Shown one piece after another: positions 1 to 9,566 of a DNA stretch of 55,071 bases (position 1 is its first letter; every line of letters begins with the position of its first letter). The position numbers and the translations under genes were made by a program. Origin of the DNA: an uncultured Bacilli bacterium (GTDB lineage Bacteria > Bacillota_I > Bacilli_A > RF39 > UBA660); contig CALVZF010000002.1 in the NCBI GenBank assembly GCA_944372455.1, positions 1 through 55,071 on the forward strand, given 5' to 3'. The notes under the pieces are model-generated. The model did no database searches, was not told the origin of the DNA, and saw nothing but the letters and a program-made list of their open reading frames with translations.

Positions 1-947
1 TTTTCTGTTGCAACTAAACTATCATTTGTTCCTGTTATATTACTATTGTACCAATTATTAAGATTTGTTCCTATATAATCATCAAAACTTAATGTGTCTG
101 TTGCATAGTCTTTTGTCATATCTAATGTGGAATCTACTGTTGTTAATCCTGCTAATTTTATTGTTCCATCTTCATTTATTCCCATTATTCTCCAGTTTTG
201 TCCTGCAAAATTTACATAGTTGTTTGTTACTTCTCCTCTATAGTAATATACTGGAAATCCAAACTCACTTTTTTCACTATCCTCTTTTTGTACATATAAT
301 CCTAAATCGGTTGTTTCTTTATCAAATTCTAATGTGTTTGTTTGTACATTACTATTATTATTCCCTAAAATTTTATATGCTAAAGTATTTGATTTTTCTT
401 TTCTTCCAACAACAGTTATTTTTCCACTTAAACTGCCACCTTGTAAAGAATTTTGATCTAATGGGGTTTCATTGATCCAAATATATAAATTGTAACTCTT
501 AGTAGCATTAATTTCTAACTCAATATTATTTACCATATTTATACTTGTACTTCCATCTAATGTTTGAGCAAATGTTCCGGTTGTTAATTTAGTATTACCG
601 TCATATAATGCCCATTTAACATCGTAATCTTTAAAGTTATTTGATACATTTAAACTTGACATTGAAATATCTACGTATAGTTTACTTTTACCAGTATTAG
701 TCATTGTAAACGATGATTTAAAAGCTTTAGTTGAAATTTCACTTTCCTTAATAGGCACTGCATTATCTAATATAATTTTATCTGAAGTCTCAAAGTCTAA
801 CGAAATTTTTTTTGCCGATGTAACATTTATTTGCTCACTTTGTCTTCTATTTCTAAAAAAAGCATAAGTAGCTCCTGCAAGCAATACTATTATTACAATT
901 ACAAATATCGCAATTTTTCTAATATTTTTCTTTTTTTCTTCTTCCAT
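1..947 (-). CDS. Partial CDS (start codon at 947, runs off the window start): secreted or surface protein with a TasA/camelysin-type signal region; larger paralog of 27210..27752
   Basis: Absent from the ORF track because there is no stop in the window. My reverse-strand translation from ATG 947 reads MEEEKKKNIRKIAIFVIVIIVLLAGATYAFFRNRRQSEQINVTSAKKISLDFETSDKIILDNAVPIKESEISTKAFKSSFTMTNTGKSKLYVDISMSSLNVSNNFKDYDVKWALY..., and later ..RGEVTNNYVNFAGQNWRIMG. The frame stays open to position 1. It shares the blocks G..YA[YF]F, NTG, [FV]KWALY and GKITV with 27210..27752. Confidence 0.65.
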   Translation of the reverse strand, partial: MEEEKKKNIRKIAIFVIVIIVLLAGATYAFFRNRRQSEQINVTSAKKISLDFETSDKIILDNAVPIKESEISTKAFKSSFTMTNTGKSKLYVDISMSSLNVSNNFKDYDVKWALYDGNTKLTTGTFAQTLDGSTSINMVNNIELEINATKSYNLYIWINETPLDQNSLQGGSLSGKITVVGRKEKSNTLAYKILGNNNSNVQTNTLEFDKETTDLGLYVQKEDSEKSEFGFPVYYYRGEVTNNYVNFAGQNWRIMGINEDGTIKLAGLTTVDSTLDMTKDYATDTLSFDDYIGTNLNNWYNSNITGTNDSLVATE

Positions 948-994
948 ATAATATCCCTCGCTACCTTCATTATACTTTAATTTTATATTGATTT

Positions 995-1642
995 TTATTT
1001 ATTGTCAATTAATTTTACTTTTTTTATGGCTTCTAAACGATTAATATACACACCTTTTTTTCTAAATTTTTCTTCATATTCAGTTTTTATATTGTCATCA
1101 CTATCAATTAAATCAGGTGTTACATTATTTAATTTATATCCATTATTATTTAAAGTTTCTATAGAATATGCAAATAAATCTTTATTATCTGTTTTTAAAT
1201 GGACTTCTACTTTCTCTTTTGAAATTAATTCATACTTACTTAAAAAAATATAGCTTGTTAATCTTCTTTTATAATGTCTTTTTTTAGGCCAAGGATCTGA
1301 AAAATTTAAATATATTCTTGTTATTTCATTTTTAAAAATTTCATCAATTTGTAAAGCATCTATTCTTATTAATTTTAAATTAGGTAAATCAATTTCTTCT
1401 AATTTTTCAAGTGCTCTTACAATAACACTGTCAAATTTTTCTATTCCAATAAAATTAATATTTGGAAATTTTATTGCGTTTTCTATTATGAATTTCCCCT
1501 TACCCATTCCAATTTCAATATATATATCATTTTGATTTTCAAATAATTTATTATACTTTCCACAATATTTTTTGGGATCTTTTATCAAATATTTAGAATT
1601 TTTTAGTATTTCTTCTTTTCCTTTTACATTTCTAAGTCTCAT
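995..1642 (-). CDS. trmB: tRNA (guanine46-N7)-methyltransferase
   Basis: MRLRNVKGKEEIL...IEIGMGKGKF...NFSDPWPKKRHYKRRL are typical TrmB motifs. ATG 1642 is preceded by GGGTGA, so the upstream M at 1675 is unlikely to be the start. Confidence 0.85.
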   Translation of the reverse strand: MRLRNVKGKEEILKNSKYLIKDPKKYCGKYNKLFENQNDIYIEIGMGKGKFIIENAIKFPNINFIGIEKFDSVIVRALEKLEEIDLPNLKLIRIDALQIDEIFKNEITRIYLNFSDPWPKKRHYKRRLTSYIFLSKYELISKEKVEVHLKTDNKDLFAYSIETLNNNGYKLNNVTPDLIDSDDNIKTEYEEKFRKKGVYINRLEAIKKVKLIDNK

Positions 1643-1733
1643 TATAATCACCCATTTAATTGTACAATAGCCCATACTTTTTGTAAACTAATGTCATATA
1701 ATTAATTGAAGAAATGAAAGGAGTTTTTCTTTA

Positions 1734-2096
1734 ATGAAAAAAGATAGAGACCTATATTTTGAAAATCAGGGATATTTTGGTAACCCAATGATGGGGCAAC
1801 CTGGATTTCAAACTTCACAAATGTATGCAAATAATAATTTTGGACAAATGCCACCATATATGAATACTATGGGAATGAATATGCCGGGGGGAATGCCTAA
1901 TTATCATAATCAAAATTCATACCCTAATTATGATATGAATTCTATTGAACAAAGAGTACTTAGGCTTGAACGACAAATTAGACGACTAGATTCTAGAGTA
2001 AATAGAATTGAAGCTAAATTAAATCTTGATAATCCTGATTATAAAACCACTGCTGATAATTATCAAATAAATGAAAATAATATGTATATGATGTAA
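1734..2096 (+). CDS. Hypothetical protein: Q/N/M/G/P-rich N-terminal half plus a C-terminal Arg-rich coiled coil
   Basis: RBS AAAGGAG lies upstream. The N-terminal half is low-complexity (GQPGFQTSQMYANNNFGQMPPYMNTMGMNMPGGMPNYHNQNSYPNY). It is followed by the heptad-like segment EQRVLRLERQIRRLDSRVNRIEAKL. Confidence 0.5.
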   Translation: MKKDRDLYFENQGYFGNPMMGQPGFQTSQMYANNNFGQMPPYMNTMGMNMPGGMPNYHNQNSYPNYDMNSIEQRVLRLERQIRRLDSRVNRIEAKLNLDNPDYKTTADNYQINENNMYMM

Positions 2097-2120
2097 AAAA
2101 CCGCTATATAAAGCGTTTTT

Positions 2121-2741
2121 TTAATGTATTTTTTCAATAAATTTATTGATTAAAAAGGATTTCTTGGCTTTATTTTCTATTAAATATAAAATACTAAAAA
2201 TTATAGAACCTATAAATGCCATTATCATATCTGTCATTGTATCATCTACTCCAGTGGTAAGAACTTTTTGAGCATCTTTACTAAAAATATTATCATTAAT
2301 AAATTCAAAAAATTCCCATAAAGCAGCTATACTAAGCGTAACTGAGATTATAAACAAAATATTTACCCATAATGGATTTTGTTTAAGACATTTTGATTTA
2401 ATTAATATAATAATAGCTAATATTGAAGTCATAATACCACTTATACCATGCATCAATTTATCGTATATACTAATTTTGTAATAAAAATTTAATATAGTAC
2501 CTAAAAAATGTGCGAAAAAAATAAAAATTAGATAAACAAATATTATTTCTTCTTCTATCTTTTCTTTTAAAAATAAATTAATTAAATATGGTAATAGCAT
2601 GACAGGAGTAATAGATAAGATTATTAAATTTTTATATATTCCTTTCTCATGGTTTCCAAAAAATAAAAATAGGATTGAAAATATAGCTACAAAAATTATT
2701 ATAAAAATATTTATTTTTTTAATTAGATTATTATTTTTCAT
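2121..2741 (-). CDS. Polytopic membrane protein (possibly YjdF/DUF2238-like)
   Basis: Several hydrophobic helices. ATG 2741 follows GGAGGT, whereas the track start at 2789 lacks an RBS. The family assignment is only an impression from the DKLMHGISG segment. Confidence 0.45.
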   Translation of the reverse strand: MKNNNLIKKINIFIIIFVAIFSILFLFFGNHEKGIYKNLIILSITPVMLLPYLINLFLKEKIEEEIIFVYLIFIFFAHFLGTILNFYYKISIYDKLMHGISGIMTSILAIIILIKSKCLKQNPLWVNILFIISVTLSIAALWEFFEFINDNIFSKDAQKVLTTGVDDTMTDMIMAFIGSIIFSILYLIENKAKKSFLINKFIEKIH

Positions 2742-2799
2742 AAAATTACCTCCATATATTATATTAATTAAAAAATGATTATATATCAAAAAAGAGTTT

Positions 2800-3432
2800 T
2801 TAATCTTTAATTTGAATTCCTAAAATTGTTGATAAAATAATTGCTTGAAAACTGTCTACAATTACCCCTTTTAAATCTTCTATACGTATTTTTATTTCAT
2901 TTATTTGACAGGTAGATAAATCAATATTTTTAAGGGGTGTATTTATAAATTCTGTACCTTTAAAATTAACATTATTAAAATTGATAGTTTTTAATTTTGT
3001 TTCATTTAAACTAGCTAATTCTAAATCTGAATTAAAAATATTGGAATTAGTAATTTTAGAATAAGAAAAATTAATATATTTACTTTTACAATTTTTTATC
3101 TGTACATCTTTTAGTGTTGAACTACTTAAATCCATTCCTAACATTTTACAATTTTCAAATATTGTTCTATAAATTATACTATCACTCATATCTTGATTTG
3201 AAAAGTCTGGGTTAATAAATAAAACATCTAAAAGCGTCATTTTTTGCATATTACAATTAACAAATTTAACATTTTCAAAAATACATTCATTAAATTCTAT
3301 AGATTTAAAATCTAAATTTTTAATTTCCGTATTAGCAAATTTGCATCTATAAATAGTATCGTTTGTTTTTATTTCATCATATATATTGCACTCTCTTAAA
3401 TCTAGATTAGAAAATTTTGGCTCTACACTCAT
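2800..3432 (-). CDS. Pentapeptide-repeat protein
   Basis: Long runs of A(D/N)LXX-type pentapeptides (NLDFKSIEFNECIFENVKFVNCNMQKMTLLDVLF...). ATG 3432 has GGTGAAAG upstream. Confidence 0.8.
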   Translation of the reverse strand: MSVEPKFSNLDLRECNIYDEIKTNDTIYRCKFANTEIKNLDFKSIEFNECIFENVKFVNCNMQKMTLLDVLFINPDFSNQDMSDSIIYRTIFENCKMLGMDLSSSTLKDVQIKNCKSKYINFSYSKITNSNIFNSDLELASLNETKLKTINFNNVNFKGTEFINTPLKNIDLSTCQINEIKIRIEDLKGVIVDSFQAIILSTILGIQIKD

Positions 3433-3516
3433 ATCTTTCACCACTTTTATTAAATTATAACACAAAAATTATAATTTACTTTTAGTTTTTAAAATAATAT
3501 GGTATTATATATTTAT

Positions 3517-3590
3517 GCCGCAATAGTATAGTGGTATTACGAGGCCATGGTAAGGCTTTAATCGGTGTTCAATTCACCGTTGCGGCACCA
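3517..3590 (+). tRNA. tRNA-Thr (anticodon GGU)
   Basis: Hand-folded cloverleaf. Acceptor GCCGCAA/TTGCGGC, anticodon stem AGGCC/GGCTT with loop AT-GGT-AA, T arm CGGTG-TTCAATT-CACCG, encoded ACCA 3' end. Confidence 0.9.
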
Positions 3591-3816
3591 TTGGGAAATC
3601 TGCTTGAACTTATGAGCTTTATATATATTTTAAGGTAGGACTATATTGGTTCTACATTTTATTTATATATTTTGACAAAATGTCAAAATATATAGGGAGT
3701 TAGAGGTTTTGCACTCAAAATTTTTATACTGAAAAGCATTGGTTTTTTATTTCCCAAAATCAAAAAAAAATCATTTTTGGGAAATAATATGATATAATGT
3801 TATTGGAGGACTTATT

Positions 3817-5019
3817 ATGAAGCTAATAAAAAGAACTGATTATTTAGAGAAATTAATAAATACAATGAATACACCAGACATAAAAGTTATAACTGGTGTT
3901 CGTCGTGCTGGTAAATCAAAACTTTTAGAAGAATTCAAAAAATATATTATAAAGAATGACAAAGATTATAATATAATACATATTAATTACAATTTAACTA
4001 AGTATGAGAATATCAATGAATATCATAAATTAATAGAATATGTTGAGAAAAATTATAAAGATGATAAACAAAATTATTTATTAATAGATGAGGTTCAAAT
4101 GTGTGATGGTTTTGAAAAAGCAATTAATAATTTTCACGCTGAAGAAAAATATGATATTTATATTACTGGCTCTAATGCTTTTTTAATGAGTAGTGATTTG
4201 GCTACACTTTTTACTGGAAGAACATTTGAAATAAAAGTTTATCCATTTTCATATAAAGAATATTTAGAATATTATAATAAAGAAAACAATGAAAAAGCAT
4301 TTGATAGTTATGTTTATGAAGGTGGATTATCAGGCTCTTATCTATATAAAGAAAATGATGAAAAATATAATTATGTAAATGATATTTATAATACTCTTAT
4401 AAAAAGAGATATTTGTAATAAATATAAAATAAAAAAAGAACACTTATTAGATATGATTAACGATTTTCTAATGGACAATATATCAAATTTAACATCAGTT
4501 AGAAATATATCTGATTCTTTAACAAATAACAAAGATAAAATCAATCATAAAACAGTTAGTTTATATATAAAATATTTATGTAATGCCTTTTTATTTTATA
4601 AAATAAGAAGATATGATATTCAGGGTAAAAGGTATCTATTATCTCAAGATAAATATTATTTGGTAGATCAATCTTTTAAGTTCTCAAAATTGGGAACAAA
4701 AAATATTAATTATGGAAGAGTGTATGAAAATATAATAGCAATAGAACTGCTTAGAAGAGGATATGAGGTTTATGTTGGAACTTTATACAAAAAAGAAATA
4801 GATTTTGTAGCTACAAAAAGAAATGAAAAAGTTTATATTCAAGTATCAAGTGATATTGGAGATGATTTTGAAAATAAAACATTTAGAAGAGAAGTAGATC
4901 CTTTATTAAAAATAAAAGATGCATATCCTAAAATATTAATTGCTAGAACACATCATGATATGTATACATATGAGGGTATTCAAATAATAGATATTAAAGA
5001 TTGGCTTATTAAAAATTAG
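3817..5019 (+). CDS. AAA-family ATPase with a C-terminal DUF4143-like nuclease-fold domain
   Basis: Walker A-like ITGVRRAGKSKLL and Walker B LLIDEVQ. The C-terminal GYEVYVG..KEIDFV segment is typical of the AAA_14/DUF4143 family. RBS GGAGGA. Confidence 0.7.
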   Translation: MKLIKRTDYLEKLINTMNTPDIKVITGVRRAGKSKLLEEFKKYIIKNDKDYNIIHINYNLTKYENINEYHKLIEYVEKNYKDDKQNYLLIDEVQMCDGFEKAINNFHAEEKYDIYITGSNAFLMSSDLATLFTGRTFEIKVYPFSYKEYLEYYNKENNEKAFDSYVYEGGLSGSYLYKENDEKYNYVNDIYNTLIKRDICNKYKIKKEHLLDMINDFLMDNISNLTSVRNISDSLTNNKDKINHKTVSLYIKYLCNAFLFYKIRRYDIQGKRYLLSQDKYYLVDQSFKFSKLGTKNINYGRVYENIIAIELLRRGYEVYVGTLYKKEIDFVATKRNEKVYIQVSSDIGDDFENKTFRREVDPLLKIKDAYPKILIARTHHDMYTYEGIQIIDIKDWLIKN

Positions 5020-5193
5020 AATAAAATAATGAAAAAGTTTAAAAACCGTAAACTGTTAATATATTTTGGTTCGAGATACCTTATTTAAGGCACTATATGG
5101 ATAATTACTCGAACTTATAAAAGTTTGAGTTTTTAAATGTATTTATTTTTCATTTTAGCATATAATACATATAATAATATAAATATAAAAGAC

Positions 5194-5222
5194 TTGACGT
5201 ACATTAAAAAGTACGTTATAAT
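5194..5222 (+). promoter_or_regulatory. Sigma-A-type promoter with an embedded palindromic operator upstream of yefM-yoeB
   Basis: TTGACG (5194-5199), a 17-nt spacer, then TATAAT (5217-5222). The spacer carries the inverted repeat ACGTAC-N8-GTACGT. GTAC-core palindromes are the known operator type for YefM-YoeB. Confidence 0.55.
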
Positions 5223-5240
5223 GTAACTGAGGTGAAAAAT

Positions 5241-5495
5241 ATGAATACCATAAACATAACTAATGCTAGACAAAATCTATTTCAATTAGTTTCTGACGTA
5301 AATAAAGGATTTAATCCAGTCAACATAATCAACAATAAAGGTGAAAATGCTATATTGCTATCGGAAAGTGATTGGAGAGATATAGAAGAAACGATTTATT
5401 TAAACTCTATACCTGGCTTTGTAGAATCTATCAATGAAGCTAGGAAAGAAGATAAAAATAAATGTAGTATTTATAAAAAAGGTGAAGAATGGTAG
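5241..5495 (+). CDS. yefM: Phd/YefM-family antitoxin
   Basis: MNTINITNARQNLFQLV...ILLSESDWRDIEETIYL is a classical YefM N-terminal domain. RBS GAGGTG. Its stop overlaps the toxin start (ATGGTAG). Confidence 0.85.
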   Translation: MNTINITNARQNLFQLVSDVNKGFNPVNIINNKGENAILLSESDWRDIEETIYLNSIPGFVESINEARKEDKNKCSIYKKGEEW

Positions 5496-5761
5496 AATAC
5501 AAAATAATATTTTCTAAATTTGCTGATAAAGATAAAAAATTACTAAAGCAAGCTGGACTTGAAAATAAAACAAAAGAACTATTAGATTTAATAGCAATAA
5601 ATCCTTATCAAACACCACCGACATATGAAAAGTTAAAAGGAAACTTAAATGGTCTTTGTTCTAGAAGAATAAGTTATCAACATAGACTAGTGTATGAAAT
5701 AGATGAAAATAAAAAAGAAATATTTATTTTAAGGATGTGGACACATTATGATAAATTATAA
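5489..5761 (+). CDS. yoeB: YoeB/Txe-family mRNA interferase toxin
   Basis: KLKGNLNGLCSRRISYQHRLVYEIDENKKEIFILRMWTHY matches the conserved YoeB/Txe C-terminal core. Translationally coupled to the antitoxin. Confidence 0.85.
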   Translation: MVEYKIIFSKFADKDKKLLKQAGLENKTKELLDLIAINPYQTPPTYEKLKGNLNGLCSRRISYQHRLVYEIDENKKEIFILRMWTHYDKL

Positions 5762-6014
5762 TATTCTTTTAGAAATTAACCTTAATAGAAATTTCTAAAC
5801 TTGTACTACTACGACACCAGATTGATTATTACTAGAACTTTTCGATTTCATATACTAAAATGCACAATATATCCAAAATATTGTGTGTTTTTAATTTTGA
5901 TATAATTTTTATAGATAAATCTTAATGAAATGAAATATTATTGGAAATATAGAAAATATGATAAAATTAATATATAAAGAATAAAAAGAAAAATATCAGT
6001 TTAGGAGGATGAAA

Positions 6015-7217
6015 ATGGAACAATCAAAAATCAAGGTTAGTATTTTACCTAATCAATTTTTAAAATCAAATGGAACATTTGATAAAGAATCTGCAATTAA
6101 ATTATGCGGAAAAATTGCTGGAGTATGTTATGATAAAGAAGGATTTTCTCATCTTGAAAATGAACCAGAAGAAAAAACTATGCGTAGAGTTAATTTAACA
6201 TTAAATAACGGACATCATAGTGTTTATGATCACATTTTAATTAATTTTAATATGCAAAATTTACCTAAAATCTTAGCAATGGTATTAAATAATGAACATC
6301 AATATACAACAAGTGAAAAATCAGCAAGATATACACCAGTTATAAGACAAAATAATTCAATTATAACTTTTGAAGAAGAAAAGCTATATAATAAATGGAT
6401 TGAAATATTTAAAACTAAAATTAAGACCCAATATGGAAATGTATTTAATGATTCTAAAATCCAAAAGTTGGCACAAGAAAATGCTAGATATTTAGTAACG
6501 GTATTTATGCCTACACAAATGATTTATTCAACTTCTTTAAGACAAATAAATTATATTGCTTCTTGGATGCAAAATTATATTAAAACTGCTAATATGAATA
6601 ATAATTTTGAAAGAAATTTAAAAACAGCTATGGAAGAGCTATTAATAGAATTTGATAATGTTAATGTTCTTGAAGAAGGTTTATTACAAAATGAAAAATA
6701 TAGAAAATTATCTTTATTTGGAAAAAATTTAGATCAAAAAGAAGAATATTTTGGAAATGTTTATTCATGTACTTATAAAGGTTCTTTTGCTCAATTAGCA
6801 CAAGCACATAGACATAGAACTCTGGATTATCAAATGGAAATGTTATCCGAAAAAGAATATTTCATTCCACCAATTATTTTAGATGATCAAATGTTAGTAG
6901 ATGAATGGCTTAACGATATACAAATGGTTAGTAAAGTTACCCCACAAGGCCAATTAGTTAAAATTAATGAAATGGGTAAATATGAGGACTTTATTTTAAA
7001 ATGCAAAGAAAGACTATGCTCTTTTGCACAACTTGAAATAATGCTTCAAACTAAAGAAACGTTATTGAAATATAAAGAAGCATTAGAAAAAAAACAAAGT
7101 CCGTTAGCTAAAGATATTGAAAAATACTCTCACGGAGCTAGATGTACTTTTAAAGACTTTGATTGTAAATCAGACTGTAAATTTAATGAAGGTAAAAAAT
7201 TAATAAGAAAAATTTAA
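6015..7217 (+). CDS. ThyX-like protein (flavin-dependent thymidylate synthase fold), double length, with degenerate motifs
   Basis: The first half aligns by eye to ThyX: GHHSVYDH versus GHETPFEH, NNEHQYTTSEKSARY versus RHRxxSxxxxSxRY, and ENARYLVTVFMPTQMIYSTSLRQINY. The second half carries AQAHRHRTLDY and CSFAQLEIM. ATG 6015 is better spaced from AGGAGG than 6009. Confidence 0.5.
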   Translation: MEQSKIKVSILPNQFLKSNGTFDKESAIKLCGKIAGVCYDKEGFSHLENEPEEKTMRRVNLTLNNGHHSVYDHILINFNMQNLPKILAMVLNNEHQYTTSEKSARYTPVIRQNNSIITFEEEKLYNKWIEIFKTKIKTQYGNVFNDSKIQKLAQENARYLVTVFMPTQMIYSTSLRQINYIASWMQNYIKTANMNNNFERNLKTAMEELLIEFDNVNVLEEGLLQNEKYRKLSLFGKNLDQKEEYFGNVYSCTYKGSFAQLAQAHRHRTLDYQMEMLSEKEYFIPPIILDDQMLVDEWLNDIQMVSKVTPQGQLVKINEMGKYEDFILKCKERLCSFAQLEIMLQTKETLLKYKEALEKKQSPLAKDIEKYSHGARCTFKDFDCKSDCKFNEGKKLIRKI

Positions 7218-7250
7218 TTTTAAAATTAATTAAAATTAAATTTTTTCTTT

Positions 7251-7358
7251 TTAGTTTCTTTTCATACATAAGACAAGATATGGATTACCTTGTTCATCAA
7301 GATCTTCTCTCTTGTCTATTTTAAATTGCATATATTCATAAAATTCTGTATTCCCATA
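7251..7358 (-). pseudogene. Possible C-terminal remnant of a GNAT-type acetyltransferase
   Basis: The reverse frame reads YGNTEFYEYMQFKIDKREDLDEQGNPYLVLCMKRN*, which resembles a GNAT C-terminus. A stop lies immediately upstream and there is no start codon. Confidence 0.3.
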
Positions 7359-7391
7359 CTTCTAATAATTTCATCATAACTCCATTAATTT

Positions 7392-8414
7392 TTAACGTTT
7401 TACAAATAAACATTTTACAGTTTGAATACCTCCAATTATAACAAATAATAAAGGTATAATTATCCAAAAACCAAGTGATTTAATTGTTTCAATAAAAGAT
7501 GAAGCAGTTCCATATTGAACTAATATAATTCCTATACCAATTATTAAAAATGCTAATCCCAAATAAGTTCCTATAACATCAATTTTAAATCTATCAAAAG
7601 CACCACGAATATGCAATGCACCTAATACAAAGGCAAGTCCACCTAATGTGAAGAAACCTCCAAAAAATATTAAAAAGTTACTACTGTTTGTTCCTACTAA
7701 AATAGCTTCTTTTGGGTTATCAGGGTTATATTTAACTTTTCTAACACTATTTTTCTCTGGAATACTACCTGTTCCATAATTAGTTGAAACATTATATTTT
7801 TTTCCTTTTACTTCATATACATATGATAATTTATAGGTTACTCCATCCCTATCACGATTATAAATTTCATAATCATTAAAATATCCATTCGTTGTAAGAT
7901 AATCTTTAGAAATTTTACTCAATCTGTAAGTATCTTTTATTCCAATAACCAAAAGTGTAATTCCAATTATTAAAACTATTGAAATTAAAAATACAGAAAT
8001 TATTATTTTAAAATTAAAATTAAAATTTAATTTCTTATTTTTTGGGATACTTTTTTTATTTATACCAAATAATGATTTTCTAACTATACTAATTCCTGCT
8101 ATCCAAAAAGGAATAGAAAATAATAAATATAAATACAATTCCTTTTTAATGCTATAATAGGAGACAAAAAATAAAAATCCAAACCAAAATAATAAGAATC
8201 CACAAATATATAATTTCTTAAAAAAATTTGCAAATTTTTCTTTTTCTAAGATTAAACTTATATTTTGCAAAACTATTGAAATTCCACAAATTATAAAAGG
8301 AATAAAAACTATTTTAAATATTATATTATTATTTTTAAATAGTAAAGCTATAAGTATAAAGGTCATTAGTATTGCATATATTAATCTACTTATAAAAATA
8401 CTTTTATTTTTCAT
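7392..8414 (-). CDS. Membrane protein with a central DUF3592-like domain
   Basis: Multiple TM helices flank GVTYKLSYVYEVKGKKYNVSTNYGTGSIPEKNSVRKVKYNPDNPKEAIL, a DUF3592-type beta domain. RBS GGGAGGA. Confidence 0.55.
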   Translation of the reverse strand: MKNKSIFISRLIYAILMTFILIALLFKNNNIIFKIVFIPFIICGISIVLQNISLILEKEKFANFFKKLYICGFLLFWFGFLFFVSYYSIKKELYLYLLFSIPFWIAGISIVRKSLFGINKKSIPKNKKLNFNFNFKIIISVFLISIVLIIGITLLVIGIKDTYRLSKISKDYLTTNGYFNDYEIYNRDRDGVTYKLSYVYEVKGKKYNVSTNYGTGSIPEKNSVRKVKYNPDNPKEAILVGTNSSNFLIFFGGFFTLGGLAFVLGALHIRGAFDRFKIDVIGTYLGLAFLIIGIGIILVQYGTASSFIETIKSLGFWIIIPLLFVIIGGIQTVKCLFVKR

Positions 8415-8534
8415 AAAATTCCTCCCAAATTTTGATAATCTAAAACAATTATAACAATATTTATAATTAATTTCTACTGATGCAATATAATATACTAAAT
8501 TAGTGTTATAATAAATTTGATTTTATTATTAGAA

Positions 8535-9332
8535 ATGGGGGTATTTAGTTTGAAATATGAAGATTTTATAAATTGGTCAAATTACCGTGAAACACTACCA
8601 ATGATAAAAGAAAATTTAATTGCTTTCAAAGTAATCCAAGAATATTTATCAAATAGTTTTAATCATAAATATAATATTAACAATGCTCCAAATTATGTAT
8701 TAGAATTGCTTTATAACTATTCTTTAATTAGTGATGATGTAAATAAACAAATTATAAATAAAATATTAACTAATTATAATTTTAATTATTCTATATCCAT
8801 TCATAACGCTATATATTCTTTATTAAATTTAGAAGAATCTAATCTAATTGCCCCTCTATCTTGGCCTGGAATAGAAAATATAGATTACAAAGAAAATAGT
8901 TATTATACTTTAAATACTACTTTAGGAACTATAAAGGTTTTTAAAGCAAGTAAAATTTTTTCAAAAACTCGTTCTTCAATTATTTTTGCAAAAAAGAAAT
9001 TAATTGGAGAATGTTATGCTAGAACTTACGATTTTATAAAACAAAACAAAGAATATAATGCAATTATATCATATATGCCTAATTTTTTTTATGGGAGACA
9101 CTATCACGCCTATATAGAAAATAATAAAGAAGTTATTGATATTGCAGCAAACGCATATTATAATTCTAAAAGTTTTTCAAATAAAACTCTTTGTGGAAAT
9201 ATAATAACTAAATTATCATATGAAAAGATAGAAGAAGAATTTGGGAAAATAATAAATAAAATTCCAGAATTTAAAAAGGAAGATAAGTTGCATATTCTTG
9301 CTTTATATTATGATCACAAAATGAACAACTAA
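8535..9332 (+). CDS. Hypothetical protein
   Basis: Long ORF with no motif I recognise. The start is uncertain: ATG 8535, or TTG 8550 which follows GGGGG. Confidence 0.4.
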   Translation: MGVFSLKYEDFINWSNYRETLPMIKENLIAFKVIQEYLSNSFNHKYNINNAPNYVLELLYNYSLISDDVNKQIINKILTNYNFNYSISIHNAIYSLLNLEESNLIAPLSWPGIENIDYKENSYYTLNTTLGTIKVFKASKIFSKTRSSIIFAKKKLIGECYARTYDFIKQNKEYNAIISYMPNFFYGRHYHAYIENNKEVIDIAANAYYNSKSFSNKTLCGNIITKLSYEKIEEEFGKIINKIPEFKKEDKLHILALYYDHKMNN

Positions 9333-9334
9333 GT

Positions 9335-9512
9335 CTTCCTTTACTCTAACTTCATCCATTAATTCCATAATTTTCTTCTAATTCTTTTTTAGCTTTTAAC
9401 AAAGTAGACTTTGTTTTATTACAATATTATAATTATTTTTAGCAAATGCTTTTGCTATTCCAAAGCCTATACCTCTACCTCCCCCAGTAATTAAAACAAC
9501 TTTTTTATTCAT
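9335..9512 (-). pseudogene. Truncated and frameshifted short-chain dehydrogenase/reductase (SDR) remnant
   Basis: From ATG 9512 the sequence reads MNKKVVLITGGGRGIGFGIAKAFAKNNYNIVIKQSLLC*. This is the TGxxxGxG Rossmann N-terminus, stopped after 38 codons. A shifted frame continues AKKELEENYGING*. There is no room for the remaining ~200 aa. Confidence 0.6.
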
Positions 9513-9566
9513 AATTTTTTCCCTTTCATCACTATTTATAAAAACTGTTTCATTCTGAAACAGCCT

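Noticed and set aside
65-475. Plus-strand ORF of 136 aa (MFLYNHQNLMCLL...).
   Set aside because: It is low-complexity, Leu/Phe-rich and has no RBS. It lies antisense to a much better minus-strand CDS (1..947) that has a clear paralog. This is a typical shadow ORF in AT-rich DNA.
3591-3786. TTGGGAAAT directly after tRNA-Thr (3591) and again at 3778, considered as att-type direct repeats of an island. A perfect 11-bp inverted repeat ATTTCCCAAAA..TTTTGGGAAAT lies at about 3749-3786.
   Set aside because: A 9-nt repeat only ~190 nt apart encloses no genes. It is more likely a promoter-region operator or hairpin for the DUF4143 ATPase gene. There is no integrase.
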